Assembly (NCBI GenBank): GCA_910585015.1
Contig: CAJUCT010000008.1
Span: 29,106-93,105 of the forward strand
From: an uncultured Acetatifactor sp.
GTDB taxonomy: Bacteria > Bacillota > Clostridia > Lachnospirales > Lachnospiraceae
DNA: 64,000 bases
Reading direction: 5' to 3'
This document shows, one piece after another, positions 50,701 to 58,586 of this stretch (the stretch's first letter is position 1; each line of letters begins with the position of its first letter). Under the pieces are notes generated by a model, which worked only from the letters and a program-made list of their open reading frames with translations, was not told the DNA's origin and ran no database searches. The position numbers were made by a program, and so were the translations under genes.

Positions 50701-51347
50701 AGATCCGGGGAGCGGGAAATCTGCTGGGTATGCGTCAGCACGGGCATATGGAGGCGGTGGGCTATGACCTGTACTGCAAGATGCTGAACGAAGCGGTGCA
50801 ACGGCGGAAAGGGATCGCCACGGCAGCGGATTTTGCCACGGTGGTGGATCTGGATGTGGACGCTTTTATACCGCCGGAATATATTGTCAACGAGGTGCAG
50901 AAGCTGGATATCTACAAGCGAATAGCGGGCATCGAGAATATCCGGGAGCGGGACGACATGCGTGACGAGCTGCTGGACCGCTTCGGGGAGGTTCCCACCT
51001 CCGTGGAGAATCTGCTGCGGATATCCCTGATCCGGGTGGCGGCCCACAGACTTTACATGACGGAACTGAAGGGAAAAAATGAGCGGATCATCTTTACTTT
51101 CCGGCCTGATGCCCCCATTGCGCCGGAGCGGATTCCCGGCTTTTTGAAGCCTTACGGAGACAGGCTGCGCTTCACGGCCTACGGCAATCCCTTTTTTACC
51201 TATAAATATAAGAAATGCAATGTCATTGAGAAGGATGCCCAGAACCTGCTCTCGGACACGGAACAGCTGCTTGTGGCCATGGAAGTGCTGTTGGATGAAA
51301 ATCATGTGGGCGATAAGCTTGGAACTGACGTTCCAAATACTGATTAA
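47745..51347 (+). CDS. mfd: Transcription-repair coupling factor
   Basis: About 1200 aa with [30 protein letters not shown] and a TRCF C-terminal domain. Follows pth as in most Firmicutes. Confidence 0.95.
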   Translation: MQALLAPLRDLAEYDQIREDIRRGRTPVALSGCVDSQKLHMIYGLSDGLRCKVIVTYSDLKARELYEEYRFYDRNTLLYPAKDLIFFQADIHGNQLTRERVRVLRRIAEGKPLTLITTFAALMTPQVQWDPQKDILAVENGGTLDEAALARRLVDLGYEKTAQVEGSGQFSIRGGIIDIYDLTEENPYRIELWGDQVESIRSFDVLSQRSIEKLESVTIYPAAEFVMDRERLEAGVKRIEEEAAAQEKKLRDAFETEAAHRIHTQIGELKEQLLEFQAKVNLESYIHYFFQETLTLPELLQKLDESREMKRVHPNLIFYMDEPVRIAEHADAVELEFRESMGQRAQKGYVLPGQMDILYGREQVMAKCLKSAVVSLATMDGKNNLLKPSSRVMVSARSVSPYNNSFEALVKDLTRYRRQGYRVLLLSGSRTRAKRLAEDLREYELTAVYTEDPFREVQPGEVVTYYGHVNKGFEYPLIKYVVIAESDIFGAEKKKKKKKLYQGQKINDFHELKVGDYVVHETHGLGIYRGIEKVEVEKVVKDYIKIEYRDGGNLYVLATGLDVIQKYASAEGGKPKLNKLGTKEWDRTKSKVRTAVDQVAGDLVELYALRQQSQGYQYGRDTVWQREFEEMFPFEETEDQLAAIADTKADMESGKIMDRLICGDVGYGKTEIAIRAAFKAVQEGKQVVYLVPTTILAQQHYNTFTQRMKDFPVRVELLSRFRTPGEIKKSVADLQKGLVDIVIGTHRVLSEDVKFKDLGLLIIDEEQRFGVAHKEKIKKLKENVDVLTLTATPIPRTLHMSLIGIRDMSVLEEAPDERLPIQTYVLEYNEQMVREAIVRELARGGQVFYVYNRVNNIADIASGIAALVPEATVAYAHGQMKEHELEKIMVDFIAGDIDVLVSTTIIETGLDISNVNTMIIHDSDNLGLSQLYQLRGRVGRSSRTAYAFLMYKRDKMLKEVAEKRLAAIREFTDLGSGFKIAMRDLEIRGAGNLLGMRQHGHMEAVGYDLYCKMLNEAVQRRKGIATAADFATVVDLDVDAFIPPEYIVNEVQKLDIYKRIAGIENIRERDDMRDELLDRFGEVPTSVENLLRISLIRVAAHRLYMTELKGKNERIIFTFRPDAPIAPERIPGFLKPYGDRLRFTAYGNPFFTYKYKKCNVIEKDAQNLLSDTEQLLVAMEVLLDENHVGDKLGTDVPNTD

Positions 51348-51375
51348 TGCAGTATCGCAGGTAAGAGGAAACCAT
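51315..51375 (-). repeat. Family 2 element variant overlapping the 3' end of mfd
   Basis: GGAACTGACGTTCCAAATACTGATTAATGCAGTATCGCAGG parallels 25247-25286 (GGATCTGACGTTCCAATTACTGATTAACGCAGTATTGCAGG). Confidence 0.75.
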
Positions 51376-51494
51376 GGGGAGAGGTGCGCCAAGATGCACG
51401 AAATTACGTTGTAATGAATCTGTGTTTATCTTTACCGCACCGTGAAAGTGTGCTAAAATGAATCTATCATCCTTTTAGGAAAGAAAGGCAGGGT

Positions 51495-52523
51495 ATGCGT
51501 ATGAAGAAAGATTTTGATCTGTTGTCACTGGGTGAGTTGATGCTGCGTCTGTCGCCGCCGGATAATGAGAGAATTACCAGAGGGGACACGCTGGGCAAGC
51601 AGGCGGGAGGAGCGGAACTAAATGCTATCACCGGTGCTGCCATGCTGGGCCTGCGCTGCGGCATTATCTCCAAGCTGCCAGCCAACGATCTGGGCACATA
51701 TATTAAGAACCGTGTCCGTCTCTGCGGGGTCAGCGATGACTATTTGGTTTATGATCAGGACCAGGACGCGCGTCTGGGGGTATATTACTATGAGAGCGGC
51801 GCCTATCCCCGCAAGCCCAGGATCGTCTATGACAGGAAGAATACCTCCGTCAACAAGCTGACAGTCGCGGATTATGACGACAGTCTTTATCAGGCCACCC
51901 GGTGTTTCCACACCAGCGGCATTACGCTGGCCTTAAGTCCCCAGCTGCGGGAGACCACCATAGAGATGATCCGGCGGTTCAAGGCACAGGGGACGCTGAT
52001 TTCCTTTGATGTAAATTTCAGAGGCAACCTGTGGACCGGGGCGGAGGCCAAGGAATGCATCGAGGGCATCCTGCCCTATGTGGATGTGTTTTTCTGTTCG
52101 GAGGATACAGCGAGGCTGACATTCCTGAAGGAGGGCAATGCCAGAGATATCATGAAGAGCTTTACCCAGGAGTATCCCATATCCATTGTGGCCTCCACCC
52201 AGAGGATAGTACATAGCCCCAAGCGCCATACTTTTGGATCTATCATCTACAGCGCCAAGGACGACACCTATTATGAGGAACAGCCCTATGCGGACATTGA
52301 AGTGGTGGATCGGATCGGCAGCGGTGACGCCTATATTTCCGGTGTGCTCTACGGCCTGCTGTCCAAGGAGGGAGACTACCAGAGAGCCCTGGAGTACGGC
52401 AATGCCACCAGCGCGCTGAAAAATACGATTCCCGGCGATCTGCTGTCCACGGACTTAAAGGAGATTGACGGCATCATCAAGGAGCATAAGTCCACCGGCC
52501 GGGTGGCGGAGATGGACCGGTAA
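51495..52523 (+). CDS. PfkB-family sugar kinase (2-dehydro-3-deoxygluconokinase-like)
   Basis: AGGAELNA near the N-terminus and DRIGSGDAYISG near the C-terminus. Confidence 0.8.
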   Translation: MRMKKDFDLLSLGELMLRLSPPDNERITRGDTLGKQAGGAELNAITGAAMLGLRCGIISKLPANDLGTYIKNRVRLCGVSDDYLVYDQDQDARLGVYYYESGAYPRKPRIVYDRKNTSVNKLTVADYDDSLYQATRCFHTSGITLALSPQLRETTIEMIRRFKAQGTLISFDVNFRGNLWTGAEAKECIEGILPYVDVFFCSEDTARLTFLKEGNARDIMKSFTQEYPISIVASTQRIVHSPKRHTFGSIIYSAKDDTYYEEQPYADIEVVDRIGSGDAYISGVLYGLLSKEGDYQRALEYGNATSALKNTIPGDLLSTDLKEIDGIIKEHKSTGRVAEMDR

Positions 52524-52674
52524 GGGAAGCTCTTAAAATTTTATAAAGATATTGCGAATCGGCGTATTATGTGTGATAATGGGCGTAAAGGTTTTAGTTA
52601 TCGCAGGCACAGCCCGTATTATGCGGGGAAAAGGTAAGTTAGAAGCAGACCGGTATGGATGAGGTTTGAAGTTA

Positions 52675-54072
52675 ATGAGTGAGAATATAGGCAACAACGC
52701 ACTGGGTGAGCAATTCCGTGACGCTTTGACGGAGGGGCTTAACAGCGGCGATTTTAAAAATCTGAATGAATTGGTGGGCCAGACGGTGAACAATGCCATC
52801 CGCGAGGCAAACTATACTTTCCTGGGGGGCAGCCCCGAGGGGACGGAGCGGGTAAACAACCAGAAGGAGCAGATGAAACAGAACTGGGAGAACTGGAAGC
52901 GGCAACACGAGCATTTCAGCGCCAGCTGGAGCACCAGGGGACAGACAGGACAGCAGCCGGGCCAAGTACCTCCCCAGGGAAATATGGTTTCCCAGGGAAG
53001 CCAGAATGGTCAGCCGGGTCAGCCGGGAAGGGGTTTTTTCGGCGGTCAGGGCGGCGCCGGCAATATGCCCTATGGCCGGCCCATGACGCGTCCGGGACCG
53101 CTGGTTAAGACCAAGCGTGTGGGCAATGTGGCCGGTGTTTTATATAAGGTATTCGGCGGTATCGGCATGGGATTCGGAAGTATGATTCTGCTGGCTGCGC
53201 TGCTTGCCGGGGCAGTTCCCGGGATGATGACGGGAGCGATAATCACGCTGTTCTTCTTTGGCATGATCCAGCTTGGAAGTTCCAAACACCACCGCCTGAA
53301 GCGGGCGGATCGCTATATCCAACTGTGCGGCAGCAGGATGTATGCCGAGATTGCCCAGCTGGCGGCGGCCACCCAGAACAGCAAGGGCTATGTGCTTCGG
53401 GATGTAAAACGGATGCTGCGGCTGGGGATTTTCCCTCATGGACATTTGGACGACAAGGGAACTACCCTTATGCTCAACGATGTGATTTACAAACAGTATC
53501 AGGATGCTGAACGGGCGCGCCAGTTCAGGGAGCGGGAGGCTTTGCCGCCGCCCCAGGAGCGGCCGCTGACCCCCGGGGAGATGGTGGAGAAAGAGCAGCA
53601 GGCCCGTATGCAGGAGTTGAACCAGATGGTGGCAGAGGGTATGGAATGTATCCGCAAACTGCGGGATATGAATGACGCCATCGAGGGGGAAGTGATCTCG
53701 ACCAAGCTGTACCGGCTGGAGAACCTGCTGAAAGAGATTTTTGACAAGGTGAGGGAGTATCCGGATCAGATGTCCCAGATGCACAAGCTGATGGACTATT
53801 ATCTTCCCACTACACTGAAGCTGGTAGAGGCATACAGGGAGTTTGGCGAGGTCAGCGTACCGGGGGAGGACATCCTTTCCGCCAAGGCCCAGATTGAGAA
53901 GACGCTGGATACTATCAATGCGGCGTTCACCGAACTGCTCAACAACCTGTTCCGCAACCGTGTATATGATGTGACCACGGATGCCCAGGTGCTGGAGACC
54001 ATGCTTGCCCAGGAGGGCTTGACCAAGGAGAGCATCAGCAAAGAACTGGAATATGCCAAGTTGGAACAGTGA
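52675..54072 (+). CDS. XpaC-like (5-bromo-4-chloroindolyl phosphate hydrolysis family) membrane protein
   Basis: G/Q/P-rich N-terminus, two TM helices and a helical C-terminal domain. The xpaC-yaaN type pairing with telA supports the call. Confidence 0.6.
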   Translation: MSENIGNNALGEQFRDALTEGLNSGDFKNLNELVGQTVNNAIREANYTFLGGSPEGTERVNNQKEQMKQNWENWKRQHEHFSASWSTRGQTGQQPGQVPPQGNMVSQGSQNGQPGQPGRGFFGGQGGAGNMPYGRPMTRPGPLVKTKRVGNVAGVLYKVFGGIGMGFGSMILLAALLAGAVPGMMTGAIITLFFFGMIQLGSSKHHRLKRADRYIQLCGSRMYAEIAQLAAATQNSKGYVLRDVKRMLRLGIFPHGHLDDKGTTLMLNDVIYKQYQDAERARQFREREALPPPQERPLTPGEMVEKEQQARMQELNQMVAEGMECIRKLRDMNDAIEGEVISTKLYRLENLLKEIFDKVREYPDQMSQMHKLMDYYLPTTLKLVEAYREFGEVSVPGEDILSAKAQIEKTLDTINAAFTELLNNLFRNRVYDVTTDAQVLETMLAQEGLTKESISKELEYAKLEQ

Positions 54073-54143
54073 GAATCTGCGCAGGGCACAGATTTTGACC
54101 GATAAAGAAAGAGCCGCCCGAGCGGCAGAATGAGAGGAAGAAA

Positions 54144-55313
54144 ATGAGTGATTTGGATACTATGTTAAAACAGGCTCCCACCTTGACGCTGGAGCCTTTT
54201 GGGACGCCAAAGCAGGAGATGGCTCCCATGAGTGATGCCCAGGTGGCAGAGGCGGTTAAGGAACAGATGAATGTGGAACTGACTCCCGAGGAGCAAAAGA
54301 TGGTGGATGATTTCGCCGAGCAGATTGACCTGCACAATACCCAGCTGATCCTGCAATATGGTGCGGGAAGCCAGAAGAAGATTGCGGATTTCTCCGAGAA
54401 TGCCCTGGGCAGTGTGCGCACCAAGGATCTGGGGGAGATTGGCCAGCTGCTGACGGACGTGGTAGGCGAGTTGCGTTCCTTTGAAGAGGAAGAGGAAGAG
54501 AAGGGTTTTCTGGGTATCTTTAAGAAGACCGGCAACAAGCTGTCCAATATGAAGGCAAAGTATGACAAGGCGGAGGTCAATATCAACAAGGTGTGCAAGG
54601 TCATGGAAGAGCACCAGATCACGCTGCTGAAGGATGTGGCCATGCTGGACAAGATGTATGAACTGAACCTGAACTATTTTAAGGAATTGTCCATGTATAT
54701 ACTGGCCGGCAAGAAGAAGCTGGAGCAGGCCCGCAACGTGGAACTGAAGGAACTGGTGGCCAAGGCGGAGCAGAGCGGATTGCCGGAGGATGCCCAGAAG
54801 GCCAAGGATTTCTCCAGCATGTGCGAGCGTTTTGAGAAGAAACTCTATGACCTGGAGTTGACCAGAACCATCTCACTGCAGATGGCGCCTCAGATTCGTC
54901 TGATCCAGAGCAATGACACCATTATGTCCGAGAAGATTCAGTCCACTCTGGTGAATACCATTCCTCTGTGGAAGAGCCAGATGGTGATTGCCATCGGCCT
55001 GGATCACTCTGCGGACGCTGCCAAGGCCCAGAGGGAAGTCAGCAACGTAACCAACGAGTTGCTGAGGAAGAACGCGGAGGCGTTGAAAATCGCCACAGTG
55101 GAAACAGCCAAAGAGGCGGAGCGGGGTATCGTGGATATCGAGACATTGACAGCCACCAACCAGACCCTGATCAGCACCCTGGACGAGGTGAGGAAGATTC
55201 AGGATGAAGGACGCCAGAAGCGTCAGAGCGCAGAAATCGAGTTACAGCGTATTGAAAATGAGATGCGCAGTAAGTTGCTGGAAATGAGCCGTCAGGATCA
55301 GCCAGGGGCGTAA
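54144..55313 (+). CDS. telA: TelA/YaaN family toxic anion resistance protein
   Basis: QYGAGSQKKIADFSENALGSVRTKDLGEIGQLL and overall helical architecture. Confidence 0.85.
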   Translation: MSDLDTMLKQAPTLTLEPFGTPKQEMAPMSDAQVAEAVKEQMNVELTPEEQKMVDDFAEQIDLHNTQLILQYGAGSQKKIADFSENALGSVRTKDLGEIGQLLTDVVGELRSFEEEEEEKGFLGIFKKTGNKLSNMKAKYDKAEVNINKVCKVMEEHQITLLKDVAMLDKMYELNLNYFKELSMYILAGKKKLEQARNVELKELVAKAEQSGLPEDAQKAKDFSSMCERFEKKLYDLELTRTISLQMAPQIRLIQSNDTIMSEKIQSTLVNTIPLWKSQMVIAIGLDHSADAAKAQREVSNVTNELLRKNAEALKIATVETAKEAERGIVDIETLTATNQTLISTLDEVRKIQDEGRQKRQSAEIELQRIENEMRSKLLEMSRQDQPGA

Positions 55314-55364
55314 ATTGGATGCTGCGTACTCAAATCTTTTGCGCGGCGGATGCATATAGACACA

Positions 55365-55398
55365 TAAAATGGGACCTTTTAAGAGGTCTCATTTTATT
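55365..55398 (+). terminator. Intrinsic terminator after telA
   Basis: AAAATGGGACC-TTTTAA-GAGGTCTCATTTT followed by ATT. Confidence 0.65.
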
Positions 55399-55734
55399 GT
55401 AGATACTTCACTCTTGGGCACGGGAAAGGCCCGGATGAGAGATATGGTTCTGCTGGCCTTTGAGGGAGACGTGTCGTGGCAGTTGAGCGACAGCGTAAAC
55501 TCGGAAAGCATTATGAAAATTGAGGCGTAAGAGGGGAAAAGGGTAAAGATTTCCGTTGGTAAAGCCTGTAGGGATTCGTTCCATACGGTTTGCGGTGATA
55601 TTATGTTGACTTCCTACATTAAAGCAAGTATGATAAGAACATAAGAGACAGCGTTATATCTTACCAGAAAAGAGGCGGTTGCTTCATTATAATTGCCTGC
55701 GAATGACTGTTTGGAAAAGGGGCATGGACGATAA

Positions 55735-55806
55735 ATGTATGATTTTGAAAAGAAGCGGCTTCCCATCGGAATCGAGAACCTTGAGGAGATGCGCAAACTC
55801 ACATAA
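55735..55806 (+). pseudogene. N-terminal stub of an AAA-ATPase-like (PF09820-type) gene
   Basis: The 23-codon ORF MYDFEKKRLPIGIENLEEMRKLT* matches the characteristic ..KLPIGIQ.F..LR. opening of that family and then stops. Confidence 0.4.
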
Positions 55807-56184
55807 AAAGGGCGGGACTGGAAAACGGAAACAAATGTTATTTACAGTGTAAAACAAAAGATAGGGTAAGGAAATAAGCAAAACTATAAATAAGAGAGAG
55901 CAACATTCAGTTTTAAGGGATACCTAAAATGAGTGTTGCTTTTTTTTCTAATAACATATATAATCTAGAATTACAATATGTAGAAAAGAAATTAATCTTA
56001 ATTATACTATTTAACTCTATAAATATAAACGGTTCTGAAAGAGGTTAATTTCGTATTTGGCAATAATCAAGTGATATTACATGGGATGTAAATGGCAGGC
56101 GAAAGCCGATTGGAATGTGACCGACGTGTAAGATATACTGTCTGACTGCAGGGATCAGCGGAGTGATTTTATCGGGTTGGGCTT

Positions 56185-57798
56185 ATGGAAAGGATAATAC
56201 GGATGATGACAGAGTTTGAGCATGATGCCACGCCTACATGGAGTGGATTTATATATCAGGGCCATGTGGCAATGTATTTAGCGGTACGGAAGATCTGTGA
56301 ATTGTTGGAGTCACCGCATCCTATGGAAGTACAGGAAATTGCCGCATCGTTTAGGCTGGAAGTGGAAAATTGGGAAGATGTGGCTATTTTCAGCGAGGAT
56401 AAACAGGGAAAACATTATAAATCAATACATCAGGTCAAAAACAGGCGGGAAAATAATATTGGAGCCTACAAGGATCCGATTGTGCAATTACTGTTAGAAA
56501 AGAGTAAGATGGGGGAATTGGCGTTGGGAACGCCAGAAGCATATTTACATACAAGCGCCATAATCAATGAAAGTGAAACAGTAATCAAACAGTCTCTGCA
56601 AGACTGGAATCATCGAGTCCTGGATTTTTATAATAGTCTGGCGGATCTCAAAGATCAAGAGATAGAGGAAAGTGAGAAGAATGAATTCCAACAAAGGGTG
56701 AGTGCTGCGATAGAGGAGGAACCTATAGGACTTAACAGGAAAAAATATTCGAGTTTACTAAAAAATATAAAGAGTTGCATTGAAAGCGACCAAGGGATAT
56801 ATGAATTAAAACAAAATATAGAAAAATTGTGGTTATATCTGAAAAACGAGTTGGCAGTCGGAAGTATGGGTGCAGACGCAAAGATTTATACTTATGATGA
56901 CGGGGCTGCTGGTGGCAACGCGGAGCAGATTTTTGATAAGATAGTTGGACAGGTAAAACGATACAAAGAGATCACGAATAGTCCCGATCGATTGACAGAG
57001 GAACAATACGTGTACATAGCAGATAAGCTGCTGGAATATATGAGAAATTTTATTTCCAATAGGCATAACTTAATGCACAAAAAGGAGGAGTATCCTAAAG
57101 AGTTTTTATTTTCAGAAGTGATAAGTATTTTGGATAATTGTGTACAATTTATTGAAAAAAAAGCTAATGTAATGGCTCTCAGAAGAAGATATGATGAGGT
57201 GATGTCTCAATATTGCAGAGTGATTTGTAAAAATAAGTGTGAAGAGGAGAACGGTTGTGAATGCAGACTGCTGTACCCGGAATATGGAATAACGGATTTG
57301 GATGAAGAAAGCTTTATAAGGATGTGCTTTGGCTATAATCCGGACTGCGATACGGGGATAGAGGATCGCATGTGTATAGGAAAACTGCTTAACAGCGATG
57401 GGCTACAGAATTCCGTTTTTAAAGTATTAAAAGAGTGTTCGCAAGAATTCTTCAGGCAGGAAAAGGACAAAACAAGAGTCGTGATTAATGATAAAAATAA
57501 AAATGCGTTTCTGACGGCAATTTCAAAGGGAAATGCCGATGCGGTAATAGAAGATATTGTAAAAGGAATCAATAAAAATTCTTCCATGGTGAGCCCTGTC
57601 TTTGAGGCGGATGAATTGATTACAGACCGACTGCATTCAACCGACGAAGAAATGTGGGATAGCAACTTTTGTTATATAACGGAAAGATATTTGAGCGCAA
57701 AAGCGAAGGAGAATAGCGACAATATCCAGAAAAGTATTTGCGCTCCCAAGAAACCTACATTTGTCACTGCGGGGGAAGTGATGGCGAGGCTGCAATAA
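56185..57798 (+). CDS. Lamassu LmuA-like / ABC-3C effector candidate: N-terminal PD-(D/E)xK (Cap4/DUF4297-like) nuclease fold plus a long uncharacterised C-terminal region
   Basis: WSGFIYQGHVAMYLAV, then EVENWEDVAIFS and SIHQVK (E/D...QxK arrangement). AT-rich codon usage. First gene of a tight three-gene operon. An alternative start at 56203 has a better RBS. Confidence 0.55.
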   Translation: MERIIRMMTEFEHDATPTWSGFIYQGHVAMYLAVRKICELLESPHPMEVQEIAASFRLEVENWEDVAIFSEDKQGKHYKSIHQVKNRRENNIGAYKDPIVQLLLEKSKMGELALGTPEAYLHTSAIINESETVIKQSLQDWNHRVLDFYNSLADLKDQEIEESEKNEFQQRVSAAIEEEPIGLNRKKYSSLLKNIKSCIESDQGIYELKQNIEKLWLYLKNELAVGSMGADAKIYTYDDGAAGGNAEQIFDKIVGQVKRYKEITNSPDRLTEEQYVYIADKLLEYMRNFISNRHNLMHKKEEYPKEFLFSEVISILDNCVQFIEKKANVMALRRRYDEVMSQYCRVICKNKCEEENGCECRLLYPEYGITDLDEESFIRMCFGYNPDCDTGIEDRMCIGKLLNSDGLQNSVFKVLKECSQEFFRQEKDKTRVVINDKNKNAFLTAISKGNADAVIEDIVKGINKNSSMVSPVFEADELITDRLHSTDEEMWDSNFCYITERYLSAKAKENSDNIQKSICAPKKPTFVTAGEVMARLQ

Positions 57799-57833
57799 GT
57801 CTGGCAATTTTCTAAAGAAGAGGAGAGAAAGGT

Positions 57834-58586
57834 ATGCGTGAGTTTATCAGATCAATTGCAGGGGATAGCTGTTGGGATTTTTCTTATAAAGAGTACAATT
57901 TCCTTTTTGCTGAGCAAAAGTATCAATCTTATTATCTGTTCTATTTTCCCTCTGATAGAGATCAATTATTGAAACTGAAGAAGGAGGCCGGAGATATTTT
58001 TCGGGCTATAAAAGAAAGTAAAAGATATCATTCAGATATGGATAAAAACATAACCTGTATTCTGTGTCTGGAGGTAGATAATCATGCGTATTATGAAGCA
58101 AGCGCATCCGGAAAAGTCAGTGATTTGGGTAAGATCATTTGCCTTGTAGAGGAAGATTTGAACTATTTTAAGAAGAATGTGCTTTTATACACAAAAGAGA
58201 TGGACGAGTTCTCACAAGAGCATATAGGGTGTTTGAAATCTCTTTGTCAGGAATATTTTACAGAAGAGAATTTCCAGTCCTATAAAAAATCGTATGGTGA
58301 TAATATTGAATATGACTTTTTAATTAATCTGTTTATTAAAATTCCATTTCTTAGTTTTGAGGGATATCAGCCTGGAAACCGCAAAGAATATCAATCTATG
58401 GAGGCATTTATTAAGGCCAGACTGACAGAAAAAGAACTCAATCTGAAGCTTATAGAAGAAATATGTATTCATCTTGAGGAGAATTTACAGGATGATGATG
58501 CTTTATTTGAGTATCTTGATGCAATGGTGAAAGAGCAGATAAATGAAGCAGGTATGACAAAGGAGGAACAGATTCATGAGGATTAA
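57834..58586 (+). CDS. Small acidic helical protein, LmuC-like / ABC-3C middle-component candidate
   Basis: 250 aa with GAGGAGAGAAAGG RBS. Its stop overlaps the start of the ATPase gene by 11 nt. No catalytic motif seen. The call rests on position and size. Confidence 0.45.
   Translation: MREFIRSIAGDSCWDFSYKEYNFLFAEQKYQSYYLFYFPSDRDQLLKLKKEAGDIFRAIKESKRYHSDMDKNITCILCLEVDNHAYYEASASGKVSDLGKIICLVEEDLNYFKKNVLLYTKEMDEFSQEHIGCLKSLCQEYFTEENFQSYKKSYGDNIEYDFLINLFIKIPFLSFEGYQPGNRKEYQSMEAFIKARLTEKELNLKLIEEICIHLEENLQDDDALFEYLDAMVKEQINEAGMTKEEQIHED

Noticed and set aside
52675-55313. The xpaC-like and telA pair as part of the adjacent defense island
   Set aside because: Their GC content and codon usage match the core genome, a terminator separates them from the island, and the pairing is conserved in Firmicute chromosomes.
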